The notes under the pieces are model-generated. The model searched no databases. It was not told where the DNA came from and saw only the letters and a list, made by a program, of their open reading frames with translations. Positions 61,961 to 64,000 of a stretch of 64,000 nt of DNA are shown piece by piece. The DNA comes from Octopus sinensis (Eukaryota), in the NCBI RefSeq assembly GCF_006345805.1, contig NC_043002.1, positions 72,106,001 through 72,170,000 on the forward strand, read 5' to 3'. Numbering within the stretch: position 1 is the stretch's first letter; every line of letters starts with the position of its first letter. The translations under genes and the position numbers were made by a program.

Positions 61961-64000
61961 TCTACCAAGAAAAATTCTACCAAGAACTGGGAAAAAATAA
62001 AATAGAAGTCACTGCAGCACCAACGGCAGAAGAATTGGAAGAATTCTGGAGAGAAATATGGTCGGCGAACGAACAGCCAAAAAAAAGGAGTACCAAAATA
62101 ACAAACTCGGCATCTGAACAACTTTGGACCCCCATAACAACTGAAGAGGTCACCCAGGCACTGCAAAAACTAAGCAACTGGAAGGCACCTGGGCATGACA
62201 AGATCCCCAACTTCTGGTTGAAATATCTAACAGGAATGCACAAAAAGCTGGCTGAAAACTTTAACAGCATACTAGCAGAGCCAGAGACAATGCCTGAATG
62301 GCTCACGAAGGGGAAAACCATCTTAATTCCCAAATCAAATGAAACAACAAAACCAGAAAACTACAGACCAATACCCTGCCTCCCTACTATGTTCAAGGCA
62401 TTTACTGCAGTGATATCGCAAAGGCTGAACAAGCACCTGGACGAAAACAAACTGTTCCCAGAAGAGCAGAAAGGATGCCGCAAAGGCTCATATGGCTGTA
62501 AAGATCAACTAATGATTAATAAAGCCGTAACTGAAGACAGCCACAGAAAGAAGAAAGGCCTCAGTATGGCCTGGATTGACTACAAAAAGGCGTTTGATAG
62601 CATCCCCCCACACGGATCCTCGAAACACTAGCCATTAACAAAGTAGCACCAACAATCATAAAATTCATAGAGCACTCTATGAATAAATGGCAAACAGTCC
62701 TACACACTCCAAACAAAAGAGGGACTCATGAAAACCAAAGACATCCCATTAGAAGAGGAATATTCCAGGGAGACACGCTCTCTCCACTCCTTTTCTGCTT
62801 GGCACTGTCACCTCTATCTGATATGTTAAATAGAACTGGATGCGGATATAAATGTTACGGCAAAACGATCAGCCACCTTTTATATGGATGACCTAAAACT
62901 ATACGCTGCAAATGACAAACAGCTGGAAACACTATTAAAGACAGTTCATGGATTTACCAAAGAAATAGATATGAAATTTGGATTAGAAAAATGCGCCAAA
63001 GTAACCATGAAAAGAGGAAAACTAGTTAAGAGTAACAACATCACACTAGATAAAACCAATGAAATAAAAGAATTAGACCAAAGCCAAACTTACAAATACT
63101 TAGGAATCCATGAACTAGATAAGACACAACACACGCAAATGAAAGAGAAAATAAAAAAAGAATATTATAGACGAGTTAGATCAATACTAAAAACGGAGCT
63201 CAATGCTAAAAACAAGATAATAGGTATCAACACTTTAGCTGTCCCAGTTATAAGTTACAGCTACAATATCCTTAACTGGACACGAAATGAACTGTCCAAA
63301 ATAGATAGGAAAACAAGAAAAATACTGACAGGATCTAGGATGCATCACCCAAAATCTGACATAGAAAGACTATATATACAACGTATAGAAGGTGGTAGAG
63401 GCCTTATACAGCTGGAAAACTACTATAAAATAACCACCATAGGACTGCAAAAGTACCTACTTCAGAAGGAAGGAAAACTGATCCAGATAGCAGCAAAACA
63501 CGAGCAAAACAAAAAACTGTTCTCAGTATTTAAGGAAGCTGACAAATACAAACAAGAAATCATACCACCTAATAAACACAAAGAAGAAGAAGATGATGAA
63601 GAAACAACAAAAGCTATAAAACAAATGAAATCCAAACTAAAAATAGAACAGCAACGAGCCATGATAAAACGATGGCAAGAAAAACCCCTTCATGGTAAAT
63701 ACTGCACTAAACTAAACGCAAAAGAAATAGACAAAGAAAAATCCCAGCAATGGTTGAGAAGCTCAGGACTCAAAGCAGAACAGAGGGATTTTTAATTGTA
63801 GCACAAGACCAAAGCCTCCCCACCAGAAATTACCAAAAACATGTAATGAAAAGAAATATTACAAGTAACTGCAGAATATGTGGAGATGGACAAGAAACAA
63901 TAAATCATATTATCTCTAGCTGCCCAGTCCTGGCTAAGAAGGAATATATTCACAGACATGACAGAGTTGGAACCTACATACATTGGAAGCTATGCCAACA
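61961..64000 (+). mobile_element. R4/Dong LINE, RT region, 5'-truncated, runs off the window
   Basis: NWKAPGHDKIPNFWLK, YRPIPCL, AWIDYKKAFDSIP, GIFQGDTLSP, YMDDLKLYA, CRICGDGQETINH; a few frameshifts. Confidence 0.93.

Overview
AT-rich, microsatellite-dense eukaryotic DNA made almost entirely of transposon relics. The SINE, LINE and (TA)n content suggests a cephalopod, probably Octopus (inference). It is intronic or intergenic; no host gene is confidently identifiable, apart from one weak exon candidate at 40.8-41.1 kb. There are no rRNA genes, true tRNA genes or CRISPR arrays. Retroelements: three Tx1-clade LINEs (two near full-length), R4/Dong LINEs sitting in (TAA)n, two CR1/L2-group LINE 3' ends, a scrambled Gypsy RNase H, and four tRNA-derived SINE families. 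DNA transposons: maT (DD37D), mariner and hAT relics. Most notable: (1) about 14 type I hammerhead-ribozyme motifs with palindromic stem III in non-coding Penelope-like terminal repeats. These include same-strand tandem dimers spaced 485 and 464 nt (retrozyme/circRNA-like) and ribozymes in the loops of long inverted repeats. (2) A SINE whose 3' tail and hairpin match the Tx1 LINE 3' end and which forms headless tandem arrays at a fixed junction. (3) A Tx1 copy flanked by a 247/691-bp direct duplication. (4) Many fold-back inversions, two built from transposon coding sequence. Coordinates were hand-counted and may be off by a few bases. Indel-rich stretches suggest unpolished long-read consensus, so some frameshifts and near-perfect duplications may be assembly artefacts.
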